In this document: positions 7,956 to 17,891 of the stretch, piece by piece
Layout: each line of letters starts with the position of its first letter
Position numbering within the stretch: the first letter of the stretch is position 1
Origin: Candidatus Hydrogenedentes bacterium UBA2224
GTDB taxonomy: Bacteria; Hydrogenedentota; Hydrogenedentia; Hydrogenedentales; SLHB01
Direction: 5' to 3'
DNA: 64,000 nt
NCBI GenBank assembly: GCA_002348185.1
Contig: DDYW01000058.1
Span: 5,814 to 69,813 of the forward strand
Position numbers and translations under genes: made by a program
Notes under the pieces: model-generated
What the model saw: only the letters and a program-made list of their open reading frames with translations
What the model was told of the DNA's origin: nothing
The model's database searches: none

Positions 7956-9545
7956 TCACGAGGTGGGCGTCGCGCCGCTCTCCTGGGCGGAGGGTTCCGC
8001 CGCGGCCGATTCCTCCGCGATAGGCGGCGCCGGCTCCGGGACGGGTGCGGTCGACGCCAGCTCGCCGGCGCCCCGGTAAAACCGGCAATCGCCTTTCCAG
8101 GAAATGCGTATCGGTTCAGCGCGCATGGTGCGCGCGGAGATGCCGAGATCTTCGAGCAGCAGACGGACCGCGCGGTCGAGCTTGACGCCGCGCGGGACCT
8201 TCCACGACGACTCGATACCGCGGGCCTGGAGGATCGCGTCGAGGATGGCCTCGTCGAGAGTATCCACGAGTTGCCGGGGAGTGGTGCAGTCGCTCTTGCG
8301 TTCGGAGGTGGACTGGTCGAGGCAAAGGACGGTTGCCCCTTTTACGTAATCCGTAACGTTGACCCTGTGGGTCACGCCCTCGAGGTTCAAACGGCCTTTT
8401 TCGGCCAGTTCGGCGAGGGTCGGGTAGTATTTGGGGAGCGCGAACGTCTTGTCTTGATGGGCGGCGAGGGCGACATAGGTCTCCTCGTAGCGCGAGGAGG
8501 GACTCCAGACCAGGTAGCTCTTGTAGCCCGCGGCCTCGATGCCCTTGATCTGTTCGGTGATTTCGCCGGGCTGGTACCAGAAGCCCTGGATCCAGGCGCG
8601 GACATCGACGCGGGTGCGTTTCTTGAGGCGCTTCATGCTCTCTTCCAGGATCTCCCGGGGACATTTCGCGGGATCGTCTTTGCCCATGAAATCCTTCGGG
8701 AAATGCGAGGGATACAGCATCGGGCAGATGGCGTCGACATGCGGAGCGATCTCTTCAATGCGCTGGCCCACGCCGAAATCGTAGGTCATCCATGCGACAA
8801 ACCCGAAGAGGTCGACGGAGAGGGTGGCGCCCAGGGGTTTCAATTCCCGGTTGGCCTTTTCCAGGAAGGCGCCGATGACCTGCAGACGGTCCTTGTCCTT
8901 CAAGACCCGGGGGTATGTCGCGCGGGTCAAGTCGCCGTCGGAAGGAAAGCGGACATAATCGAACTGGATCTCATCGAAACCGAGCGCGAGAAGCTCCCTG
9001 GCGAGGGCGATGTTGTAGTCCCACACGCGCTCGTCGTGAGGATTTCCCCACGCCAGTTTCTGGCGGTTGTACCAGGGTTTTCCGGTGACGCTGTCCTGGA
9101 CAGCCCAGTCGGGACGGTGGGTTGCCAGGAGCGTATCCTGAAACAGGTCGAGCTTGGCGATGGTCCACAAGCCGGCGTCATTGAAGCGCTGAAGCGCGGC
9201 GCGAAGCTGTTTGTCGCCTTTCGAGGCCTTGATTTCGCGGGCCAGGGCGTTTTGGGGCTCCCAATAGAGGTGCCCGTAGGGGTCTTTGACATGCATCACG
9301 ACCGCATTGAGGCCGGCCTCGTTCGCGTAGTGGAGGGTCTCCGTGATTTTGCGTTCGTAGAAACTGGCGGAGTTCAGGTAGACGCCGCGCAGGCACTCCG
9401 GCGGCCGTTTCGTTGCGCTGGCGGCCGGGCTGGCGGCGGAACCGGCGTCGGCCGGGGCCGGAGACGGTTCGGCGGCGGCGCCTCGAGACAGGACGGCCAG
9501 CACGGCAAAGAACACCATTCCCACAGTAACCCCGCGTAGATTCAT
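7956..9545 (-). CDS. Exported putative glycoside hydrolase (DUF4015/GHL-type TIM barrel)
   Basis: 529 aa. Signal peptide. GVYLNSASFY...LNAVVMHVKDPYGHLYW...LGFDEIQFDYVRFPSDGD...ICPMLYPSHF resembles the DUF4015 putative glycosyl-hydrolase family. Confidence 0.6.
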   Translation of the reverse strand: MNLRGVTVGMVFFAVLAVLSRGAAAEPSPAPADAGSAASPAASATKRPPECLRGVYLNSASFYERKITETLHYANEAGLNAVVMHVKDPYGHLYWEPQNALAREIKASKGDKQLRAALQRFNDAGLWTIAKLDLFQDTLLATHRPDWAVQDSVTGKPWYNRQKLAWGNPHDERVWDYNIALARELLALGFDEIQFDYVRFPSDGDLTRATYPRVLKDKDRLQVIGAFLEKANRELKPLGATLSVDLFGFVAWMTYDFGVGQRIEEIAPHVDAICPMLYPSHFPKDFMGKDDPAKCPREILEESMKRLKKRTRVDVRAWIQGFWYQPGEITEQIKGIEAAGYKSYLVWSPSSRYEETYVALAAHQDKTFALPKYYPTLAELAEKGRLNLEGVTHRVNVTDYVKGATVLCLDQSTSERKSDCTTPRQLVDTLDEAILDAILQARGIESSWKVPRGVKLDRAVRLLLEDLGISARTMRAEPIRISWKGDCRFYRGAGELASTAPVPEPAPPIAEESAAAEPSAQESGATPTS

Positions 9546-9813
9546 TGGAATTGGCCCATTTCAGTCTGTCACTGTTTCCCGTTCCGCGCGAGCACGCGAT
9601 GTCCCCACATCGGACGAGCCGTCCGCAAAACAAACCCGCGACACAGGGAAGTGGCGGGGAGTACTGCGGTTTCGGAACGATTCCCCTAGCCTTGCTCCAT
9701 GCCTTGCCGGAGGCATTATACCACGAGGGTGGCGCGCCCGCCGAACGCGCTTGACTGGCAGGGCAGGGCCTTGTATAAGGGCGGAAAACTCAGGGCGGGA
9801 ACGAGGGCACGGC

Positions 9814-10389
9814 ATGCTGGAGAAGAAGACGATTCGAGAGCAGATGCTCGCGGCACGCAGGGCGCTCACGCCGGCACAGGCCGCGGAGAAGAGCGCGGCG
9901 ATCGGCGCGTCTGTGACGGCCTTGCCGGAATTCGCAGCCGCGACCGCTGTGCTGACCTATGTGGCCTCGAAAGACAACGAAGTCGACACCCGGCCGCTGA
10001 TTGCGCGCCTGCTGGAGGCTTCCCGGCCGGTGCTGGTGCCGGCAACCCTGGGTAAGGGGCGCATGGTATGGTCGCGCCTGGAATCGATGGAGGAACTTTC
10101 GCCCGCGGCGTTTGGCGTGCTGGAGCCCCGGGCCGAATGCCGCCGCGACATGCCGCCGCCCTCGGGCAGCGTGGTGCTGGTGCCGGGGCTCGCGTTTACG
10201 GAATCGGGGTGGCGCATCGGATACGGCGGAGGTTACTTCGACCGGTTCCTGGCGGAGTTCGCGGGCACGAGGATCGCCGTCGCGTATGCGCTGCAGCTCG
10301 TTCCGGAAATGCCCGTCGAAGCCCATGACATGCCGATGCACATCCTGGTGACCGAGTCCCGGGTGTACCGGTGTCCGGCGGCAGGCTGA
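9814..10389 (+). CDS. 5-formyltetrahydrofolate cyclo-ligase
   Basis: Track ORF 9751..10389; likely start ATG 9814 (MLEKKTIREQMLAARRAL). VVLVPGLAFTESGWRIGYGGGYFDRFL is the MTHFS signature. Confidence 0.8.
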   Translation: MLEKKTIREQMLAARRALTPAQAAEKSAAIGASVTALPEFAAATAVLTYVASKDNEVDTRPLIARLLEASRPVLVPATLGKGRMVWSRLESMEELSPAAFGVLEPRAECRRDMPPPSGSVVLVPGLAFTESGWRIGYGGGYFDRFLAEFAGTRIAVAYALQLVPEMPVEAHDMPMHILVTESRVYRCPAAG

Positions 10390-10404
10390 GCGGTCCGCTC
10401 CTTC

Positions 10405-11322
10405 CTACAGCAGGGCCAGCACCTCGTCGGCGTAGCTTTCGACGCTGCGTTCCGGATCGGCGTTGAGCCAGTGGATGCCGGGGTCGGCGCGAAACCAGGT
10501 CAACTGGCGCTTCGCGAATCGGCGCGTACTCTGTTTCATCGCGTCGACCGCTTCCGCTAGCGTTTTCTCCCCGGCGAGAAAGGCGGCGATCTCCCGGTAT
10601 CCGAGCGACCGGAGCCGGTGGAGGTGTTGCGCGTACCCCGCGTCGAGCAGCCGCTGCACTTCCTCGACGAAGCCCTGCTCGATCATCCGGTCGACTCGGG
10701 CGTCGATGCGCGCATAGAGCCGTTCGCGGGGCCAGTCCAAGGCGGCCTGCACAGCGTCGAGCGGCATGGCGGCCTCCTGGTGTTCGGCATGCAGCTTCGA
10801 CAGGGGTTCTCCGGTCAGTTCGTAGACTTCCAGGGCGCGGACGATGCGGCGCAGATCGTTCGGGTTGATGACCTGCGCATAGGCGGGGTCGTGCAATTGG
10901 AGTCGCGCGTAGAGCGCGGGCACGCCGGCCTCTTCGGCTTCCCGATGCAGGCGCGTGCGGATCGAGTCGTCTTTCGCGGGTCCGGGGAACAGCCCCTCGA
11001 TGAGCGCGCGCACGTACAGGCCCGCGCCTCCGGCCACGACGGCAATGCGGCCGCGGGCGTTGAGGGCATCGACGGTCTGGCGCGCCATCCGCTCGAACCG
11101 GCCGGCCGAGAAGTCCTCGCCGGGCTCGAGGATGCCCACACAATGGTGTTTCGCGCGCGCCTGCTCCTGGGGCGTGGGCGCCGCCGTGCCGATCTCCATC
11201 CCCCGGTAGACCTGCATGGAATCGGCCGAGATGATCTCCGAATCGAGGCGCCGGGCGAGTTCGAGGGCGAGGGCGGTTTTTCCCGAGGCCGTCGGCCCGA
11301 CGACGGCAACCACGTTCTTCAC
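10405..11322 (-). CDS. miaA: tRNA dimethylallyltransferase MiaA
   Basis: 305 aa. P-loop VVGPTASGKTALALELA, SADSMQVYRGMEIGTAAPT, KRQLTWFR. Confidence 0.9.
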   Translation of the reverse strand: MKNVVAVVGPTASGKTALALELARRLDSEIISADSMQVYRGMEIGTAAPTPQEQARAKHHCVGILEPGEDFSAGRFERMARQTVDALNARGRIAVVAGGAGLYVRALIEGLFPGPAKDDSIRTRLHREAEEAGVPALYARLQLHDPAYAQVINPNDLRRIVRALEVYELTGEPLSKLHAEHQEAAMPLDAVQAALDWPRERLYARIDARVDRMIEQGFVEEVQRLLDAGYAQHLHRLRSLGYREIAAFLAGEKTLAEAVDAMKQSTRRFAKRQLTWFRADPGIHWLNADPERSVESYADEVLALL

Positions 11323-13196
11323 TGGCGCCTCCGGAAGCTCTTTTCCATCTGCACCTGGGTCAATTCCGTGATGATGGGGCGTCCGTGGGGGCAGGTGTAC
11401 GGCGGCCGCAGACGCCGGAACCCCTCCAGGAGTTCCCGGCGTTCCTCGGCCGAGAGATGGTCGCCTGCTTTCACCGAGCTCCGGCAGGCCTCGACCGTGA
11501 GCCGGAGCAGGTCGGAGACGAGTTCCTCGCGGTTGAACAAGTCGCCCTGGGCCAGCGTGTCAAGCACGCGGTGCACCACGCCGGGGATGGCCGAGTCTTC
11601 GTAGAGATGGCAGAGGGCGGTCACCTGGAAGGTGTTCCCGCCGAACGGCTCGAGCTCGATGCCCAGTTTCGAGAAGAGGTCGCGGTGCTCTTGAACCAGT
11701 TTCACATACGACGGCGGCACATCGACCAGAATCGGCACGACGAGCTGCTGGGCCTGGTAGTCGGCGTCCTGAAGGTCCCCGAGCAGGGCGTCGTAGGTCA
11801 GACGTTCGTGCAGCGCATGCTGGTCGATGATGAGCAGGCGGTCGTCTTCCGGCACGAGGAGATACGTCGCGAACAGCTGCATCGGCGCCTCGTGGATCTG
11901 TCCCAGCGGGGCGTAGAAGGCCCGTGGCTCGACGCCGGGGGTCTCTTCGCGCGGGTCGCGCCCGGGCAGGCCGGCGAACTCCGTCTGGGCAGGGGGCAGC
12001 GGATCGAGAGCCGGCCGGGGCACGGACACGGACGGCTCCGGCGCATCCCCGGCATCACGGGGCGCGGGTTGCGGTTCCGGGCGGCGGGCGGATTCGTAGC
12101 GGAGACGTTCGGGTGCTCCGGAGAACTCACGCGGGGGCGCGTCCTCCTCGTCCACGCGTTCCGGCGCGGGCTGGGATGTCGTCCGGAGCAGTTGTCCGAG
12201 GCGGTTGCGCACGGCCTCGCGGAGGGCCTGGCGGGTGGCGTTCTCATCGCGAAACCGGATCTCGCGTTTCGCGGGGTGGATGTTGACATCGACCAGGCGC
12301 GGCGGCGCGGTCACCAGAACGATGCCCACGGGGCGCCGTCCAACGGTGAGCAATCCGCGGTAGCCCTCTTCAAACCCGTATTGGAGGCTTCGGTTGACCA
12401 CCGGGCGGCCATTGAAGAAGAAAAACTGGTGGGTGCGGCCGGAGCGCGTGAGTGAGGGGGTGCCGATGAAGCCCGAGAAGGTCAGCCCCGCGTCTCCCCC
12501 ATCCAGCTCGACGAGATCATCCACAAATCCCAGGCCCCAGATCAGGGCGATGCGCTCTTTCAGGCTGGTGTTCTGGGGAATGTCGAAGAGCAGTTTCTCG
12601 TTGTGGAGCAGTTGGAACGCGACTCCGGGCGAGGCCAGGGCGTGGCGCTGCACGATGTCGATGGACTGGCTGAGTTCGGTGGTGATGCCTTTGAGAAACT
12701 TGGCGCGCACGGGGGTGTTGAAATAGAGCCGGTTCACGGTCACCCGCGTGCCGGGCGGGGAGGAGACCTGCGACACGTCGCGCAGGACGCCCCCCTCGAT
12801 CCGGATGCGGGTGGCGTGCTCGTCGCTGGCGCGGCGGGTCACCAGTTCGAAGCGGGACACCGACGCGATGCTGGGCAGCGCCTCGCCCCGGAAGCCCATG
12901 GTTACGACGTTGTCGATGTCGTCGGCCTTGCGGATTTTGCTGGTGGCATGGCGTTCAATGGCGAGCAGGGCGTCCTGCTCGCCCATGCCGTGACCGTTGT
13001 CGATGATCTCGATGGTGCGGCGTCCAGCGGCCACGAGGCGCACGATGATCCGGCTGGCTCCGGCGTCCAGGGCATTCTCGATGAGTTCCTTGACGACAGA
13101 GCCCGGCCGCTCCACCACCTCGCCGGCGGCGATCTTGTTGGCCACGTCCTCCGGGAGCACGCGAACGGGCCGGATTTCTCGTTTTCTTTCGGTCAT
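11319..13196 (-). CDS. mutL: DNA mismatch repair protein MutL (endonuclease-type)
   Basis: 625 aa. GHKL ATPase motifs (VVKELIENALDAG, DNGHGM). DVNIHPAKREIRF. C-terminal DQHALHERLTY endonuclease motif and CPHGRP. 4-nt overlap with miaA. Confidence 0.9.
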   Translation of the reverse strand: MTERKREIRPVRVLPEDVANKIAAGEVVERPGSVVKELIENALDAGASRIIVRLVAAGRRTIEIIDNGHGMGEQDALLAIERHATSKIRKADDIDNVVTMGFRGEALPSIASVSRFELVTRRASDEHATRIRIEGGVLRDVSQVSSPPGTRVTVNRLYFNTPVRAKFLKGITTELSQSIDIVQRHALASPGVAFQLLHNEKLLFDIPQNTSLKERIALIWGLGFVDDLVELDGGDAGLTFSGFIGTPSLTRSGRTHQFFFFNGRPVVNRSLQYGFEEGYRGLLTVGRRPVGIVLVTAPPRLVDVNIHPAKREIRFRDENATRQALREAVRNRLGQLLRTTSQPAPERVDEEDAPPREFSGAPERLRYESARRPEPQPAPRDAGDAPEPSVSVPRPALDPLPPAQTEFAGLPGRDPREETPGVEPRAFYAPLGQIHEAPMQLFATYLLVPEDDRLLIIDQHALHERLTYDALLGDLQDADYQAQQLVVPILVDVPPSYVKLVQEHRDLFSKLGIELEPFGGNTFQVTALCHLYEDSAIPGVVHRVLDTLAQGDLFNREELVSDLLRLTVEACRSSVKAGDHLSAEERRELLEGFRRLRPPYTCPHGRPIITELTQVQMEKSFRRRQ

Positions 13197-13304
13197 GCCG
13201 GTATCCAGACGTAAAGTAAGAGGTTCATTGTATTGAAGCCCGGGAACGGCCGCAAGCTGTCGTCACGCGAAGCGCGACGTTTCTGTGCCCGGCTCACATT
13301 GCCG

Positions 13305-13354
13305 GTGGCGTGGTCGACCCAGTGGACGCTATGGACGGTATGAACCCCATGGAC
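13305..13354 (+). repeat. Mini-array of 9-bp-phased RTGGAC units
   Basis: GTGGAC (13322), ATGGAC (13331), ATGAAC (13340) and ATGGAC (13349) are exactly 9 bp apart. Two degenerate units precede them (GTGGCG 13305, TCGAC 13314). Located 109-158 bp upstream of the mutL start. Confidence 0.6.
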
Positions 13355-13433
13355 GTGCGGGCCTGAGCGATTGGGAAGGGGGTCGAAATCCGGACGATCA
13401 CGCGGCCCGGCTGACGCGTGGCTCCCTGGCTCG

Positions 13434-15443
13434 TCAGGGCCGCCGATCAAACGACATGAGAGGCGGGGCGCCGCTGACGTGGAACCAGGCGTCATACGCG
13501 CGGTCGACGGGCGCGCCATCTACACTTTCGATCACCCAGACGCCTTTCGGGGCGTTTGTGTCATACCCGATGAAGCGTCCGTCCGGCCAGTGGAATTCGC
13601 GACGCAGCGTGTTCGGCTCGGGGTTGGCGTTCTGCAACTCCTCGAGGAGGGATCGCGGGAACAGGGCATCTCCGGGGAACAGCGCGAGCAGGCCGAAGGT
13701 CTCGTCGCTGTAGACGGCGATGGAGAGGTCCGGGACGGCCTCCGGTTTGAATACGGCCCATCCGTCGGCGTGCACTTCCGGAACGTAGCCTTGCGGGACC
13801 TGCACGGGGCCGTTGCCGCACGCGAAATGGCGGTGCACGCCCGTATGGTTCCAGTCCTGCCACGCGCCTGTGCCGCGAATGTGGAAACACTCGCTCAAAT
13901 CGGTGGCCCCATCGCTCAGCATGAGCGTGATGGGCCGCGCCACGATCATGGAACGCGTGCCGCGATGCACCCCGCCCGCGGACAGCAGGTAGCCTGGACC
14001 GCCGCTGTAGAGCTCGGGGCTCGCCTTGGGTCCGCGGCCGAACTGGACGAAGTAGTCCGAACGCTTGTCGATGGTCCATGCGAGAACGTCATCCGGGGGA
14101 CGGTAGGGGCAGAGTTCGGCGATGATGGCCTGGGAACCGTGGCCGGTGAGCGAGGCCGGGTCGAAATCGGCGCCTGCGGGCGGCGAGGTCCAGACCCGCA
14201 TGACTTCGGTATGATCGTCGCCATTCAATGCGGTATCGCCGGCATGGCGCATCTGTCTGCGAAAGGGGGCGAACCGGCGCAGGTCGAGGCTGCCCAGGGC
14301 GTACTGGTAGTTGATGATGTCCAGCAGATACCGGGCCCGGGTGGTGATTTCGCGGGACTGCGGGAAGGCTTCCAGATTGAGGAGCGCCTGGACGGTATAG
14401 CCAAGATAGGGCACGGAATTGAACTCGTAGACGCCCTCGTCGATCATCTCCTGGAGGTACTCCGCCAGCCAGCGTTCCAGGCCGTTGGTCTGATTGTTGT
14501 GTTCGGGCTCGGGGGTTCCGTGCGTGAAAAGCCACTGGTTCTTGAGATAGCGGCTGCCCTCGGTCATCAGATGGTGGTTTTCGGTATCGGGCACCAGCCC
14601 GTACGAGCCCGGTACCTTGACGCGGGGTGTACCGCCGTCCTCGATGAGCAGCACGTTCACCACGTGTTCGACCGTCTCGGGATACAGGCGTTCAGGGTCC
14701 TCGCCAAAGAGGTAGAGCAGGGTCGTCAACGTGACCTCGGTGAAATCGTAGTCGCCTACGCGCCCGAGCGGTCCCAGTTGCCAGGTTGAACCGCTTTCGT
14801 TGTTGGGGATCTGGGCCCGCAGGTACGCGTTAACCTCGGGCACGTCGCGGCCGAGGGCCAGCCTGGCCAGGCAGACGCGCGGCGCGGTGACCTTGGCGCT
14901 CTTCTGCCAGTCCGGGAGCTCTTTGGCGGCCCACTCTTCGAGCCAGGCCTGCCCGGCCGCCGTGGACGTTTTTCTGGCTGCGCCGGATGGCGGAGCTTCG
15001 ATCATGGGCGGAAGGAGGCCGGGGTCGAGCGGCACGGTCCAGAGGCGTCCCGCGCCCTCACCCAGGCGGTCCGCGGCAAACGGGAGGAGACTCAGGAGGA
15101 GCGCCACGAGCCCCAGCCCAAGGGCCCATTTCACCGGCCGTCGCCAGTTCAGGCGCCTTTTGGGGGGAGTGGCATACGCTTCCGGGAGCAGTTCGACGCC
15201 GATGCGGGCCTGAAGCGACGGTACGCGTGGGTCCTTAAACACCTGGCCGAGCCGTTTACAGCGGTCGAGGGCCTCGTCGATTTGACCCGCGCCGTGAAGA
15301 CACAACGATTCCAGGTAAAGCGCGTCGGCATTTTCGGGGCGGCCCCTCTGGGCGCGCGCCATCTCCGCCAGGGCTTCGCGATAGCGGCCGCGCCGGTACA
15401 GCGCGTAGGCCGCGGCGAGCGGATGCGCATTGTCTTGAGACAT
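13434..15443 (-). CDS. TPR-anchored membrane protein with large extracytoplasmic domain (possibly heparinase II/III-like lyase fold)
   Basis: 669 aa. N-terminal TPR-like helices, one TM (WALGLGLVALLLSLLPFA), then about 540 aa containing DTENHHLMTEGSRYLKNQW. The coding call is firm; the lyase-like assignment is weak. Confidence 0.6.
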   Translation of the reverse strand: MSQDNAHPLAAAYALYRRGRYREALAEMARAQRGRPENADALYLESLCLHGAGQIDEALDRCKRLGQVFKDPRVPSLQARIGVELLPEAYATPPKRRLNWRRPVKWALGLGLVALLLSLLPFAADRLGEGAGRLWTVPLDPGLLPPMIEAPPSGAARKTSTAAGQAWLEEWAAKELPDWQKSAKVTAPRVCLARLALGRDVPEVNAYLRAQIPNNESGSTWQLGPLGRVGDYDFTEVTLTTLLYLFGEDPERLYPETVEHVVNVLLIEDGGTPRVKVPGSYGLVPDTENHHLMTEGSRYLKNQWLFTHGTPEPEHNNQTNGLERWLAEYLQEMIDEGVYEFNSVPYLGYTVQALLNLEAFPQSREITTRARYLLDIINYQYALGSLDLRRFAPFRRQMRHAGDTALNGDDHTEVMRVWTSPPAGADFDPASLTGHGSQAIIAELCPYRPPDDVLAWTIDKRSDYFVQFGRGPKASPELYSGGPGYLLSAGGVHRGTRSMIVARPITLMLSDGATDLSECFHIRGTGAWQDWNHTGVHRHFACGNGPVQVPQGYVPEVHADGWAVFKPEAVPDLSIAVYSDETFGLLALFPGDALFPRSLLEELQNANPEPNTLRREFHWPDGRFIGYDTNAPKGVWVIESVDGAPVDRAYDAWFHVSGAPPLMSFDRRP

Positions 15444-15612
15444 TGGGACTCCTTAATGGCAGTTTACCCGGCCCGCGACGAGGCCACCTTACCCGGCGCT
15501 GTGCTGCGGATCAAGACCCGGAGGCGCGGCAACAGTGGATTCCAGACCGTCGCAGATTGCATAATAGCGCCTCATCCGAACGGAAGACGATTCCTGAGCG
15601 AGACGCGATCCC

Positions 15613-17001
15613 GTGAAAGCCACATATCTGCGGTGGACTCTGGCGATAGCGGCATGCCTTGCCGTCGTGGCCGCCCTGTGGCCGTCGGAGGCGGGGTCGC
15701 CCGAAGAGAAGGCCGCGCTCGAAGCAGGCCGCGTCATCATTACCTATTGGGACCGCCACACCGGGCATGAATTCGACGAGCGCAAGGTACTGATAGACGA
15801 ATTCAACGCGTCGCAGAGCGAGGTTTACGTGCGGGCGCTGCCCATCGGTTTCACGATGGAAAAGCTGTTGACCTCCATCGCGGGCAGAACGCCGCCGGAC
15901 ATCCTGAGCACGGAGGGGACCATCCTGGCGGCGCTGGCGCCCCAGCACTGCGTCATGCCGCTTGACCGCTTCATCGAGGAGTCCGAATCGGTCGATCCCG
16001 AAGACTTCTTCCCGCACGTGTGGCGCGCGGTAACATTCAGCGGGCACACCTGGGGGATTCCCGTCACGACGGACAGCATCTGCCTGTTGTGGAACAAGAC
16101 GGCGTTCCGCAGGGCGGGCCTGGATCCGGAGCGCCCGCCGCGGACCATGACGGAACTGCTGGAGTACGCCAACAGGTTGACCGTGCGCGACGAGACCGGC
16201 CTGAAACAGATCGGCTTTCTGCCCTGGCTGCCGTGGGATCATACGCACATGTGGGGCGGGCTGTTCGGGGGCGAATGGTTTGACGACGCCTCGGGCCGGT
16301 TCGTCTGCGGCGACGATCCCCACATCATTGCCATGTTCAGGTGGATGCAAAGCTTCTCGATCGACCCGGACGCGCCGGCTCAGCTCCCCTATGCGCTGAA
16401 TCCCGAGATGGTGGCTGCGTTCCGGACGGGGTTCGGCGCCTATCAGAGCGCAAACAACCCGTTCTACTCGGGGAAAGTCGCGATGACGCAGGAGGGCGAG
16501 TGGCAAGCCTCGTTCATCGCGCGATACGCTCCGGAACTCGACTGGGGCGTGGCGCCGCTCCCTCAGCCGGAAGGCGCGCCGCCGCGCTGTTACTCGCCCA
16601 CCTGCGTACTGGATATGATCCCCGCGGGCGCGCCGCACCCCGAGGCGGCCTGGAAGTACATCGAGTGGTTCAACAGCCCCCGTCCGGGGGGCCGTCCCTC
16701 CCCTGCCAGCGACTACAATCGCGCGATCTGCAACATCCCGTGCCGCCGCGCCGACGTCATGCACGAGCGTTTTCTGGGCGACCCGGCGCTGTCGGTGTTT
16801 GTCAACGAACTTCTGACGAAGGAGACCCCCGTGTTTCCGGTAACGCCCGTGGCCCAGTTTTTTATTGACCAGGTGGAACGCGAGCGCGAACTGGTGACGC
16901 TGCGCCAGAAGACGCCCGAACAGGCCGCGCGCGCGATTGAAGACAGCGCCAACGCGGAACTGGACCGGATTCTGGCAATCATGCGGCGGGACCAGCCATG
17001 A
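15613..17001 (+). CDS. ABC transporter substrate-binding protein (family 1, sugar-type)
   Basis: 462 aa. Signal/lipid-anchor-like N terminus (LAIAACLAVVAAL). Typical SBP_bac_1 pattern (WGIPVTTDSICLLWNKTAFRRAGLDP). Followed by two permease genes. Confidence 0.8.
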   Translation: MKATYLRWTLAIAACLAVVAALWPSEAGSPEEKAALEAGRVIITYWDRHTGHEFDERKVLIDEFNASQSEVYVRALPIGFTMEKLLTSIAGRTPPDILSTEGTILAALAPQHCVMPLDRFIEESESVDPEDFFPHVWRAVTFSGHTWGIPVTTDSICLLWNKTAFRRAGLDPERPPRTMTELLEYANRLTVRDETGLKQIGFLPWLPWDHTHMWGGLFGGEWFDDASGRFVCGDDPHIIAMFRWMQSFSIDPDAPAQLPYALNPEMVAAFRTGFGAYQSANNPFYSGKVAMTQEGEWQASFIARYAPELDWGVAPLPQPEGAPPRCYSPTCVLDMIPAGAPHPEAAWKYIEWFNSPRPGGRPSPASDYNRAICNIPCRRADVMHERFLGDPALSVFVNELLTKETPVFPVTPVAQFFIDQVERERELVTLRQKTPEQAARAIEDSANAELDRILAIMRRDQP

Positions 17002-17891
17002 CCCGGATAGAACGGAGAAATCTGCGCAACGGCATTCTGTTCGCGCTGCCCTACCTCATCGGCGGCACGGTATTCATGGTGTATCCGCTGGTGATGAGCG
17101 TGTACTACAGCCTGTGCCACTATAACATCATCACCCCCGCTACGTTTGCGGGTCTGGACAACTACCGGGTGCTGTTTTCCCATGATGAGGTGTTCTGGAA
17201 GTCGGTCTACAACACGCTCTATTTCACGGCATTTTCGGTGCCGCTGAGCCTGATCCTGGCCATCGGCCTGGCGGTGCTGCTGAACCAGGCGGTGAAAGGG
17301 CTGTCCGTGTTCCGCACCGTTTTCTTTCTGCCGACCATCGTGCCGATCGTGGCGTCGGCGGTGCTCTGGCTGTGGGTGCTGAATCCCGAGAGCGGCCTCA
17401 TCAACGGCATGCTGCGCGCTTTCCTGCATATCGAAGGGCCCGGATGGATTGCGGACGTTCAGTGGTCGAAACCATCGCTGATCCTGATGAGCCTGTGGGC
17501 GGTGGGCGGTCCGATGGTGATCTTTCTGGCGGGCCTGGCGGACGTGCCGGCGGTCTTGTACGAGGCGGCGGAAATTGACGGCGCGGGCCCCTGGCAGAAG
17601 TTCCGCAACGTGACCCTGCCCATGCTGACGCCAACAATCCTGTTCAACCTGGTGATGGGGCTGATCGCGGCGTTTCAGTATTTCACGCAGGTCTATGTGA
17701 TGACCGCGGGCAAGGGCACGCCCGCCGACAGCACCATGTTCTACGCCCTGTACCTCTACCGCAACTCGTTCGTCTACCTGAAGATGGGCTACGCCTCGGC
17801 GATGGCCCTGCTGCTCTTCCTGGTGATTCTGGCGGCCACCGCCGGCGTGCTGGCCTCGTCGAAACGATGGGTGCATTACCATGGCGAGTAA
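16998..17891 (+). CDS. ABC sugar permease (MalF/UgpA-like)
   Basis: 297 aa, six TM segments, EAA loop EAAEIDGAGPWQKFRNVTLPML. ATGA overlap with the SBP gene. Confidence 0.85.
   Translation: MTRIERRNLRNGILFALPYLIGGTVFMVYPLVMSVYYSLCHYNIITPATFAGLDNYRVLFSHDEVFWKSVYNTLYFTAFSVPLSLILAIGLAVLLNQAVKGLSVFRTVFFLPTIVPIVASAVLWLWVLNPESGLINGMLRAFLHIEGPGWIADVQWSKPSLILMSLWAVGGPMVIFLAGLADVPAVLYEAAEIDGAGPWQKFRNVTLPMLTPTILFNLVMGLIAAFQYFTQVYVMTAGKGTPADSTMFYALYLYRNSFVYLKMGYASAMALLLFLVILAATAGVLASSKRWVHYHGE

Noticed and set aside
13370-13400. GGGGGTCGAAATCC, reminiscent of a tRNA T-arm.
   Set aside because: The T-stem cannot close, and there is no acceptor, anticodon or D-arm in the flanks. Not a tRNA.
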